Shown: piece after piece, positions 39,751 to 48,173 of the stretch | How the letters are laid out: every line of letters starts with the position of its first letter | How positions within the stretch are numbered: the stretch's first letter is position 1 | Assembly (NCBI GenBank): GCA_963707955.1 | Contig: OY970176.1 | Location: forward strand, 1,979,013 to 2,043,012 | Length of the DNA stretch: 64,000 bases | Reading direction: 5' to 3' | From: Candidatus Bathyarchaeota archaeon | GTDB lineage: Archaea > Thermoproteota > Bathyarchaeia > Bathyarchaeales > Bathycorpusculaceae | Program-made: the position numbers and the translations under genes | Notes under the pieces: generated by a model | The model's database searches: none | The model's input: only the letters and a program-made list of their open reading frames with translations | Told to the model about the DNA's origin: nothing

Positions 39751-40052
39751 ATTGCATACGCTTCCAATGCTGGCTAGCTAAACGAACGCTTGCCTTATAG
39801 TCCTTACGTTTTACATCGATTCACTACAGTTGAGATTCAATCGAGAGACCTCTAAGAAAATCTCTGGCAAACAGCGAATGATCTAAGAGCTTCAGTCGAT
39901 CGATTCTTTGGAGCTCCACCTCGGAAAACGTCAATGTGCCTATCTGGAACAAAAGCTTTGCCCATTTTCTGCGATTGTGTATAGCTATGTCAGCCTTGCC
40001 TGGCTTTGTTTTCGGGTCTTCTGGTTGTCCGGACGATTGGCATGAAGCAATA

Positions 40053-40089
40053 TTACCAATAGGTAAGCCTATATATTACCTAAAGGTAA
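40053..40089 (+). promoter_or_regulatory. two TTACC-N4-GGTAA palindromes flanking/overlapping a TATA box
   Basis: TTACCAATAGGTAA (40053-40066), CTATATAT, TTACCTAAAGGTAA (40076-40089). The second palindrome ends 34 nt upstream of ATG 40123. Confidence 0.6.
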
Positions 40090-40122
40090 TTACTGTCTTG
40101 TAATAAAGGAAGCGAATCACGG

Positions 40123-40533
40123 ATGAAGCTGAGACTTCAATTGGTGCGAGACGGAGAGACGCTGTTCGAGATTCCTCTTTCGCCGGAGGACTGGGCGAAG
40201 AAGGACTTGCAAGAAGAGTTGAAGGAGACGGAGGAAAATTTTGAGAGGTTCTCAAACATTTTTGATGTTCTGTCCCACGAGACGCGGCTGAGAATGATGA
40301 TGCGACTTGTTGGAGCAGACGATCGCACGTTGAGTTTTGCAGATTTCATGCAGGACCTGGACCTAAACCCCAAGATCGTCTGGGAGAACTCCAAAAAGCT
40401 TGAGAAAGGCGGCCTGTTGGAGAAGACTGGAAGGGGAAAGTACGTGTGTTCGGAGTTCGGGGAGACGTTCATGATGATAAGTCTGGCTTTGCGCCGTCTG
40501 ATAGAATCGCTAGAAGAAATGGAGCAACTTTAG
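40123..40533 (+). CDS. ArsR-family winged-helix regulator (Phr-like position upstream of hsp20)
   Basis: FDVLSHETRLRMMMRLV...DLDLNPKIVWENSKKLEKGGLL wHTH pattern. Confidence 0.75.
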   Translation: MKLRLQLVRDGETLFEIPLSPEDWAKKDLQEELKETEENFERFSNIFDVLSHETRLRMMMRLVGADDRTLSFADFMQDLDLNPKIVWENSKKLEKGGLLEKTGRGKYVCSEFGETFMMISLALRRLIESLEEMEQL

Positions 40534-40548
40534 GGGAGGTGAAAGAGC

Positions 40549-41121
40549 TTGTCGTTTGATGATGACTTTGGCGATATTTTCAACGACTTCGATATCTTCA
40601 AGCTGATGAAGAAGTCTCAGAACGAGCTGGAAAAGATGTTGAAAAGAATCCGGAGCGGAGAAATCGAGGGCTTATGGGAGATAAAGCAAATCGATGAGCC
40701 TGACATAAAGGGATTCGAAATTCGAGGCCGCTTCGGGACAGAGGAGCCGCTTCACTCGTTGGAACCAGTCGAACCGTTGAAGCCTTCGAAGAGACGACCG
40801 TTGCGTGAAAGGCCCTTCGAAGTTCCGAAGACTGCGTTGAAGGAGATGCGTGAGCCACTGGTTGACATCTTCGAAGAAAATAGTGCCGTAAAAGTGTACG
40901 CCGAGTTGCCTGGCGTTGAAAAGGACGACATAAAGCTGAAAATCGGAGAAGGTCGTATTGAAGTCAAGGCCAAAAACTTCTACAAGACCATAGACTTGGC
41001 CACCCGACACATTGCAACGAACGGTGTTTCAACCCAGTACAAGAACGGAGTGCTTGAGATAACACTTCCAAAGATGAAAAAACTGCGCGAAAAGGACGCG
41101 AAGAACCTGAAGGCAGCGTAG
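40549..41121 (+). CDS. small heat shock protein (Hsp20/alpha-crystallin family)
   Basis: VDIFEENSAVKVYAELPGVEKDDIKLKI...YKNGVLEITLPK alpha-crystallin domain. Confidence 0.85.
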   Translation: MSFDDDFGDIFNDFDIFKLMKKSQNELEKMLKRIRSGEIEGLWEIKQIDEPDIKGFEIRGRFGTEEPLHSLEPVEPLKPSKRRPLRERPFEVPKTALKEMREPLVDIFEENSAVKVYAELPGVEKDDIKLKIGEGRIEVKAKNFYKTIDLATRHIATNGVSTQYKNGVLEITLPKMKKLREKDAKNLKAA

Positions 41122-41405
41122 ATAAGCAGCACTTCGCTCTGCCTTTATTTTGCTTCGGCCGACAAATGTTTGCCGAATTTCTTTTTTCCAGTTTTTGCCT
41201 AGCGTTGTTAGCACCTCGCATATTGCGCGCGCTAATGCTATGTGCCCAATGGGTAGGCGCTGCTAAGTTCAAAACGGCCACTGACTAAAACAACGCCAAA
41301 AGATACTTGAACAACGATTTTGGCACAAAGAGTAGACTTAAATGCCGTGTTTAGAAAAACAAAATAGGGACATCTGCGAAGTGTCCTCTGCGCTACGCGC
41401 AACCT

Positions 41406-41483
41406 GCGGGCGTAGTCTAGTTTGGTCTAGGACATCAGCCTGCCACGCTGACGACCCGGGTTCAAATCTCGGCGCCCGCACCA
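41406..41483 (+). tRNA. tRNA-Gly(GCC): tRNA-Gly (anticodon GCC), CCA encoded
   Basis: GCGGGCG TA GTCT..GGAC A TCAGC CTGCCAC GCTGA CGAC CCGGG TTCAAAT CTCGG CGCCCGC A CCA. Confidence 0.9.
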
Positions 41484-41526
41484 AGAACTTTCTCTTCTCG
41501 GAAAGAGAACCTAGGAGAAAACGGCG

Positions 41527-44391
41527 TTACGGGTAATGTTGGCCGAAGTGGCGTAGGGCGGTAACTACGTCTCCCATGTCTACTCTGCCGTTGTCGTCTA
41601 TGTCGCAGTTGGCATTGTACCTTGCCATTCCAGTCGTTGACCCGAATGCCGTGAGTATGAGCGTTACGTCTCCCTTGTCAACCTTAAAGTTTCCGTCAAC
41701 GTCGCCTGGAATGGTTACGATCGCATTGCCGCCCGTGCAATTGTTGTTCGCAGTGTTTGTTTCGTTTTGAACGGGCCATGCGTAAGCGCTTATGGTGTAG
41801 TTGCCATAAGCAAAGCCAGCAGTGTTCCAGGTGAAGGTGATGAGGGTGGACGTTGCGCTGAGCAAACTAGTGACGGTTATATTTCCAATTGGGGCTGTGT
41901 TGGCGTAGAGCGTTACGTTAAACGTTTCTGGCCAGTTTCCTAGGTTTGTAGCGGTCACTGTCAGGTTTTGGGAGTAGCCTTGGCCGATGATGGCTTTATA
42001 AGACGACACTTCGGTGACAGCAACGTCGTGATATGGAGAGGTTGTGAGGCTGATTGTGAAGTTGGCTGCAGCGCCTATCCGGTCGCTGTAATCATAGGCT
42101 TGATAGTTCCCAAAAGCGGTGACCGAGCCTGAAATCATGGCTTCAGCTGTTATGCTGACCGTTCCGGTCACGGACGAGTTTGCTATCAATGTCCAAGTTA
42201 CGGTTTGACTGTTTCCAGCTTCCATGAAACCTGTGCCTAAGGTCTTGGTTTGGTCTTCGCCAGGAGCAAGAATTAGCCCAGAAGGCAACGTTATCGATGC
42301 ATTGCAAGATGAAGCTGGATAAGTTGACACAGCGCCTGGTAGAGGTTGTGGATAAGTAATCGTCGACTGCACTTGGAACGGCGTTCCGGGCGAAACACCA
42401 GTCGGTGCGGAGAAAGTCACGTTCCAAGGAGAGACATAGAGAGCCCAGTAGTCATCATACGACCAAAGGTCCATGAATTTGCTGATGTTGAAAGCAGTAA
42501 CTGGGCCACCGTAATTGCTTCCCCATAACGCCTTGTTCCACGGGTCCTGCATAAAAATATTAGTCTGATTGTAGCCTATTGCAACGCGAAAATGGCCATT
42601 AACGTGGCTGCTGGTAAACCACATGCACAGTATAAGCGGTTTCCCCTGTTCAAGAAGACTTTCAAGAACCGTCAAGTTCATGCCATATGTTTCGAAGGCC
42701 GAACACCCTAAAGGCTGCGAAGTGTACCCTGTAATGTTGTAGGGAAGTTGATTACCCGTCGACGTGCTCGAATTGCTGAACTGCGCTGCCCTCCTCAAGT
42801 CATCGTCAGCAGTTCCGTCGTATGAAGGAAAGCCGATGGTTCTCGCGGCGGATGCTATTTCAGACTGCGATATGCTCCTGCCGTAGTAACTGAAGACCAT
42901 TTGAAGACAGGCTGGACCGCAATAGTAGTCTTTTTCTTGAAAGCTGAAAGGAACCGGAAGAATAGTCTCACCTGAAGCCACATAGTGAGCAGTGTAAACT
43001 CCGCCGGATGACACCGTTATCGTCGTAGTCCTTTCACCATCTTCCCAATCCAGAAACGCATTATTGTTCGCATCTGCGGTCGTCACGGTAAAAGTGTGAG
43101 TGCCCGTTAGCCCTGTCGCCGTGTAAGGAGTCCCATAGCCGGTTGGCAACCCGTCCATCGTAATCGGCACGTTAACATCCGCGTTCTCAGAGTAGTCGTG
43201 AGCACAAATGACGACACTGTACACGTAAGTTTGAGACGAACCGAAACAATACACGTTGTCATCCTGCGAGCCCACGTACAGCATCCCCTCAGCAACAGCT
43301 GGGGAAGAATACACTGCCCCACCCGTCGTGTAGCTCCACACCAAAGTCCCCGTCGACCCGTTCAAACAATACACGTTGCCGTCGTCCGAACCAACATAAA
43401 CCATCCCTCCTGCAACAGCAGGAGAGCAATCCATCTCGCCTCCTGTCATGTAGCTCCACACAGGCATGCCAGACGCACCGTTCAAACAGCAAACTCCATC
43501 CTCTAATCCAAGGTAAACGTCGCCGCCAGCGACAGCCGGAGAAGACAGAGCCAAGCCTGATGTGTATTTCCATACAAGCATCCCAGTTGAAGCGTTCAAA
43601 CAATAAACATTGTTATCATATGAACTCACGTAGACAGCGTCGTTGGCAACAGCTGGAGAAGAAAACACCCAGGCACCAGTCGTGTAGTTCCACACCGATG
43701 CGCCTGTTGTGGCGTTCAAGGCGTAGAAGTTGTTGTCATCTGAGCCTACGTAGACAACGCCACCGGCAACAGCTGGGGAAGAATACACTGCCCCACCCGT
43801 TATGTAGCTCCACACCAAAGTCCCCGTAGACGCGTTCAAGCAGTAAAAATCATTATCGCACGACCCCACGTAGACAGCGTCGTTGGCAACAGCAGGAGAA
43901 GACTCCACCTGCCCGCCAGTCGTGTAGTTCCACACCGATGCGCCTGTTGTGGCGTTCAAGGCGTAGACTTTGTCGTCGCCTGAGCCCACGTAGACAACGC
44001 CACCGGCAACAGCTGGGGAAGAATACACTGCCCCACCTGTTATGTAGCTCCACACCAAAGTCCCCGTCGACCCGTTCAAGCAATACACGTTGCCGTCGTC
44101 CGAACCAACATAAACCATCCCGCCTACAACAGCAGGAGAAGAAAGCACATAATTTCCCGTAGCGTAGCTCCATGCCGTATGGTTTGTTGTCGGTGCTGAC
44201 GTTGAATACCCACTGTGGTTCAGGTCATGGTGAAACATCGGCCACCAGTCTACGACGTCTGCAGTGGACTGTGCCACAGTGGTTCCAGAGCTACCATGGG
44301 ACTCGGTTGCTCCGATGAAAGTGCTCGTGGATAATACCGATATGAAAAACAGCATGACTAGGACGAAACACACAATCGCTTCTCTTTTCAT
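41527..44391 (-). CDS. secreted multidomain protein: PQQ-like beta-propeller repeats, C39-like papain-fold domain, CARDB-like domain, C-terminal dockerin
   Basis: Signal peptide. More than 8 repeats of ~40 aa (LVWSYxTGGAVYSSPAVAGGVVYVGSDDxNVYCLN). YYCGPACLQMVFSYYG block. CARDB-like HDVAVTEV...NLTVTATNLG. Dockerin GDVDGNFKVDKGDV...CDIDDNGRVDMGDV. Confidence 0.8.
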   Translation of the reverse strand: MKREAIVCFVLVMLFFISVLSTSTFIGATESHGSSGTTVAQSTADVVDWWPMFHHDLNHSGYSTSAPTTNHTAWSYATGNYVLSSPAVVGGMVYVGSDDGNVYCLNGSTGTLVWSYITGGAVYSSPAVAGGVVYVGSGDDKVYALNATTGASVWNYTTGGQVESSPAVANDAVYVGSCDNDFYCLNASTGTLVWSYITGGAVYSSPAVAGGVVYVGSDDNNFYALNATTGASVWNYTTGAWVFSSPAVANDAVYVSSYDNNVYCLNASTGMLVWKYTSGLALSSPAVAGGDVYLGLEDGVCCLNGASGMPVWSYMTGGEMDCSPAVAGGMVYVGSDDGNVYCLNGSTGTLVWSYTTGGAVYSSPAVAEGMLYVGSQDDNVYCFGSSQTYVYSVVICAHDYSENADVNVPITMDGLPTGYGTPYTATGLTGTHTFTVTTADANNNAFLDWEDGERTTTITVSSGGVYTAHYVASGETILPVPFSFQEKDYYCGPACLQMVFSYYGRSISQSEIASAARTIGFPSYDGTADDDLRRAAQFSNSSTSTGNQLPYNITGYTSQPLGCSAFETYGMNLTVLESLLEQGKPLILCMWFTSSHVNGHFRVAIGYNQTNIFMQDPWNKALWGSNYGGPVTAFNISKFMDLWSYDDYWALYVSPWNVTFSAPTGVSPGTPFQVQSTITYPQPLPGAVSTYPASSCNASITLPSGLILAPGEDQTKTLGTGFMEAGNSQTVTWTLIANSSVTGTVSITAEAMISGSVTAFGNYQAYDYSDRIGAAANFTISLTTSPYHDVAVTEVSSYKAIIGQGYSQNLTVTATNLGNWPETFNVTLYANTAPIGNITVTSLLSATSTLITFTWNTAGFAYGNYTISAYAWPVQNETNTANNNCTGGNAIVTIPGDVDGNFKVDKGDVTLILTAFGSTTGMARYNANCDIDDNGRVDMGDVVTALRHFGQHYP

Positions 44392-44653
44392 TTTCCTTCC
44401 CCTTCCCCTGCATACTGATGGTTAAAGCCTGAATTAAAAGTTTACCCAGACCATACACTTGAAAGCTCTATTCGTTTCGCGCGCGTTCTTCCAGAAAAAA
44501 GAAAGGTGGTTCTTAGGCCTGGCATAAACCCAGCCTTTCGCCTCAGGTCGCCACAAGTCTTCCATCTCGGAGATTGTTGACAGGGCTCTGAGCTCTGAGA
44601 GTTGTTGTCGCACCTTCAGGCAGTGTTAGAATCTCTAAGTCTGTGAGGCTGTG

Positions 44654-46207
44654 CTAGGGCTTGACAACTTCAGCGTTTTCGGTGCTGATTCCGCGCCAGT
44701 TTATCTTGTATCCGAGTGCTTCTAAAACGCCTGTTGCATCTTCCACTCCTTCAGTTTCGATCGTTTCAGCGGCTTCGGACAGGCTGATTCGTCCCTTCTG
44801 CTTGATTCGCTCATCGATTGTTCTCCCGATCTGTTCAAGCCGGTCTTTTCTGACCAGCTTGTCGGACATCACAACGTAGTCCTGCGGAGGTTTTTCAGTC
44901 AGCGCTGCCTTGACAGCTTCTGATGAAACCCCGATTCTCGCGGCCAACTCTTCAAAGTTCACGATGGGCTCAGTGAACACTATGGGCAGTTCTCTGACAA
45001 GACTGGTCTGCTTCGCTTTGACCTCTCGAAAAGCTTGTTCCAAGTAGCGAAGAACTGGCGATAACGGGATTCTGTCATGGTAGTACATGACGTTCAATCT
45101 TCCCTGCTTGCCCAGGTTTGACAGTTTTTCGCATGCCAGCTTCTGGTTGACGGCCACGAGCATGTCAACGTCGGTTTTCTTCAGTTTCTCGACCTTTCGT
45201 AGCAGGTAATCGACGGTCCAGAACCCAACGATCTCTAGGTACACTTTAGTTCCGTCTTTCTCAAGTGAGAAGTCGGGGATGATGACCTGTCTGCCCGCTA
45301 GAACAGGCTCAGGTTCCCTCTTCAAGATCCACCCGGACGTCAGGGCCTGAAAACGCGTGGCGAAATCCTCTTCAACGCTGCTGTCGAAGGACAGCTGTGC
45401 TGGTTCTGTTTTCCTCATCAGAGCGCGGTGTTTCCAGCTTTCGATCTTGAAGTCGCATATCTCGTTCGTGTATTTCCACAGGATCTTCGCCTCAACCGTC
45501 CATTCTGGGCTGGCAACTATGACGGGAACAAGTTTGGCTGTGGCCGTTCCGTACCTTCTGGTCAGCTTGAAGAGGCTTGCGGGACCGTCTACCTTCACCC
45601 ACAGGCGCTCAGCTTGATAGGCCTCGTAAATCAGGCCTAACCGCTTGATAGAACGGAAGATCTGCTGCCAGTTGCCCGACGCCGTGAACCTTACCTCGGT
45701 AGAGTCGAAAAGAAGCGTCTGCGTCAAGCTGACGTTGTACTCTTGAAGCAGCTCTTGTGCAGATAAAGGTTCAAACTCCTCCAACACCAGCTCGGTGTCC
45801 AAGTCTGCGTCGAAGAACTGCTCAACCATCGCCACGTCTACCTTCAATTCTGAGGCGACAGCCTCAACTATTCGCGCTCTGCGTTCCTGCGTGGTGGGCA
45901 ACCCGAGTCTTCCGACTGCCTGAAAGATCCTCCTTCTCAGGTCCACAGCATTGATCTTGTCGTCACATCTGAAGCGGCTTCTCCTGTCGAGAAGAAGGGA
46001 CAAACCCCGGACAAAACGATAATCGTAGCCTTCATCCTCAAACCCGTCTACAAACTCCTTCACGACGCGCTTCTTCTCACCGACGTGGCGCTTGTAGGCT
46101 TCAACGAGACCGTTAGCGACATCCAGCTTATCGGCGGACAGCGTGGCGTAACGCGGCCAGACCGTGCCCTTTCTCTTCCAAACCGCTAGAAGCTCGCTCG
46201 GAAGCAT
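44654..46207 (-). CDS. bax1: Bax1 (DUF790) endonuclease, XPB partner
   Basis: MLPSELL N-terminus. Nuclease block FDSSVEEDFATRF...IIPDFSL...YLEIVGFWTVDYLLRKV. Lies 4 nt downstream of xpb. Confidence 0.85.
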   Translation of the reverse strand: MLPSELLAVWKRKGTVWPRYATLSADKLDVANGLVEAYKRHVGEKKRVVKEFVDGFEDEGYDYRFVRGLSLLLDRRSRFRCDDKINAVDLRRRIFQAVGRLGLPTTQERRARIVEAVASELKVDVAMVEQFFDADLDTELVLEEFEPLSAQELLQEYNVSLTQTLLFDSTEVRFTASGNWQQIFRSIKRLGLIYEAYQAERLWVKVDGPASLFKLTRRYGTATAKLVPVIVASPEWTVEAKILWKYTNEICDFKIESWKHRALMRKTEPAQLSFDSSVEEDFATRFQALTSGWILKREPEPVLAGRQVIIPDFSLEKDGTKVYLEIVGFWTVDYLLRKVEKLKKTDVDMLVAVNQKLACEKLSNLGKQGRLNVMYYHDRIPLSPVLRYLEQAFREVKAKQTSLVRELPIVFTEPIVNFEELAARIGVSSEAVKAALTEKPPQDYVVMSDKLVRKDRLEQIGRTIDERIKQKGRISLSEAAETIETEGVEDATGVLEALGYKINWRGISTENAEVVKP

Positions 46208-46211
46208 GCTC

Positions 46212-47561
46212 TCACGCCTCCGAGCCTAGGTTCTGATGCCGTTTTCGGCTCATCCTCGCTTCCACGGTCTCCTTGGACACTATCTCAACAAGCTTGGCCT
46301 GCTTTCCCTCAACCTTTCTGAGCAGTCTTCCAAGCCTTTGAACGTACTCTCGTGTGCTTCCCGTTCCGCTGAGGATGAAGTCCACCGAAGCATCCGGAAC
46401 GTCCACGCCCTCGTCGAGAACCTGAGAGGTAACTATCACCCTGTAACTTCCGTTTCTGAAGTTTTCCATGATTTCGCGGCGCTCCTGCTTCGGTGTTTGA
46501 TAAGTCACGGCGGGTATCAGGAACCTGCGGCTTATCCTGTATACCAGGTCATTGTGCAGCGTGAAGATCAGTGTTCTTTCACTCTCGTGTGCTTCAAGCT
46601 GCTTGGCAAGCAGGTCCAGCTTTGCCTCGGAGTTCAACGCTACTCTCACCGCGCGGTTTCTGGCCAGAAGAGCCTCTCGCGCCTGCTTGTCCCTTCCAGT
46701 GGTCATTATGAACCTCTGAAAGTCCTCAGCGCTCCTCAGAACGATCCCCCTCTCCCTCAGATAACCGTTGAAAACGCTCATCTCGCCGTCGTAGACCTGC
46801 TGCTCCTCAGGAGTCAGCTCAACGTAAACCTTCTCGTAGGTGTACGGCGAAAGATGTTTTCCCGCCAACTCTTCGACGCCTACAGTATAGACGAGGTCGC
46901 CGACAAGGGCTGGAAGAAGCGAGTGCCTTTGGTCGCTTCTCTCGTACGTAGCCGTCAGACCCATACGGTAAGGCGCAATGTACATCTCAGCGATCTGCAT
47001 GTAACCCGGCGAAGCCAGATGGTGAACCTCATCGAACACCATGAACATGAACCTGTTGCCCAGCACGTCTGCCTGCAGATAAGCTGAGTCGTACGTGGAC
47101 ACGGTCAGCATTCTCACCGTGGATTCGCCGCCGCCCACGGTTCCCGCCTCCACGCCGAAGCATTCTTGCACTCTTCTTTTCCACTGATCTATCAGGTCTA
47201 ATGTTGGAACAACGACCAGAGTCTGCGTCTTCAAAAGACTAATCGCCTTCAACGCGATAAACGTCTTTCCAGCAGCGGTCGGAAGCACCAGGATTCCCCG
47301 TTTGCCAGCCCGCCGCCATCTGACCAAAGCCTCGCTCTGGTAAGGACGCAGCTCAACCCCGCCATGCAGAGTCTCGACGGGAGGAAGGTTCGGAACGCTG
47401 TCCCGAAACTGAAGCATGCTCTCCTTCAAATAGGACAGCACGTCGCGGTAATGCGAGGCCTTGACCCTGTAACAGCCTACCCTAGGGTCCCACTTTCCGT
47501 AAGGAGTCCCAACGTCCCCCCGCAGCAGAAGAGTGCCCCTGTCAAACCAAAGATCGATCAT
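46212..47561 (-). CDS. xpb: XPB/Rad25-type SF2 DNA helicase
   Basis: N-terminal damage-recognition-like domain, VLPTAAGKTFIA (motif I), FDEVHH (motif II), helicase C-terminal motifs. Confidence 0.85.
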   Translation of the reverse strand: MIDLWFDRGTLLLRGDVGTPYGKWDPRVGCYRVKASHYRDVLSYLKESMLQFRDSVPNLPPVETLHGGVELRPYQSEALVRWRRAGKRGILVLPTAAGKTFIALKAISLLKTQTLVVVPTLDLIDQWKRRVQECFGVEAGTVGGGESTVRMLTVSTYDSAYLQADVLGNRFMFMVFDEVHHLASPGYMQIAEMYIAPYRMGLTATYERSDQRHSLLPALVGDLVYTVGVEELAGKHLSPYTYEKVYVELTPEEQQVYDGEMSVFNGYLRERGIVLRSAEDFQRFIMTTGRDKQAREALLARNRAVRVALNSEAKLDLLAKQLEAHESERTLIFTLHNDLVYRISRRFLIPAVTYQTPKQERREIMENFRNGSYRVIVTSQVLDEGVDVPDASVDFILSGTGSTREYVQRLGRLLRKVEGKQAKLVEIVSKETVEARMSRKRHQNLGSEA

Positions 47562-47614
47562 GCATCAACAACGACCCTATTCACGAATCGACTTGAAAAC
47601 CCTTTTGCCAACGC

Positions 47615-47976
47615 ATGCCATTGAAAGTTAAGCTTGAACCGTACTTAGGATTTCTTCATTATGTTCAGGTTGGCAAGCCTAGTTTAGTGCGTGATTTTCA
47701 GGAACTCTACCGCTACTTGATAGATGACTATCTGATTGAACGGTGTCAGAAATTGCTTAAGAAGGATTTTGTAGCGCGCGCGTGCGAATTTAAGACTAAT
47801 GATTTAGCTGAAGGTTTGAATTTGCTTTTTGACCGATTTGTCGAGGTTCTCAGGAATCAGGCATGGCAGTAGGCAAACCATTGACACGTTGATTAATGAA
47901 TAGGCCTATTTGCTTGCTAAGTTTCTGAGGCGTGAACGGGAAACATGGGTTCCAAGAATACTGAGCCTAGACTGAT
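47615..47976 (+). pseudogene. cas1: Cas1 (or casposase) C-terminal remnant
   Basis: LEPYLGFLHYVQVGKPSLVRDFQELYRYLIDDYLIER matches the Cas1 GFLH...SL..D..E.(F/Y)R core. After a frame change near 47870 and an in-frame TAG (47902), it continues IDTLINE*AYLLAKFLRRERETW. The N-terminal half is absent. Confidence 0.65.
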
Positions 47977-48089
47977 AGAAAGCGGAGATATCTCCCGAAG
48001 ACCCTACTTTTGGTAGGATTTCGGATTGACATATCATATCGCCAAAAGAACAAAGTGAGGACAGACACTTAAAAAGAATATGTCGAAAG

Positions 48090-48112
48090 GGTACTGGTGC
48101 GTTAAGGGACAT
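48090..48112. repeat. left terminal inverted repeat GGTACTGGTGCGTTAAGGGACAT
   Basis: Reverse complement of 51161-51183 except at positions 2-3. Confidence 0.85.
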
Positions 48113-48173
48113 AACGATGGCTCATTAAACATAGATATATCTCAAAAGCATCGTATAGTAGTGGAGCATTGCA

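Noticed and set aside
43107-44173. Multiple 70-106-aa Arg/Cys-rich ORFs on both strands
   Set aside because: They are alternative frames of the repetitive PQQ-propeller coding region.
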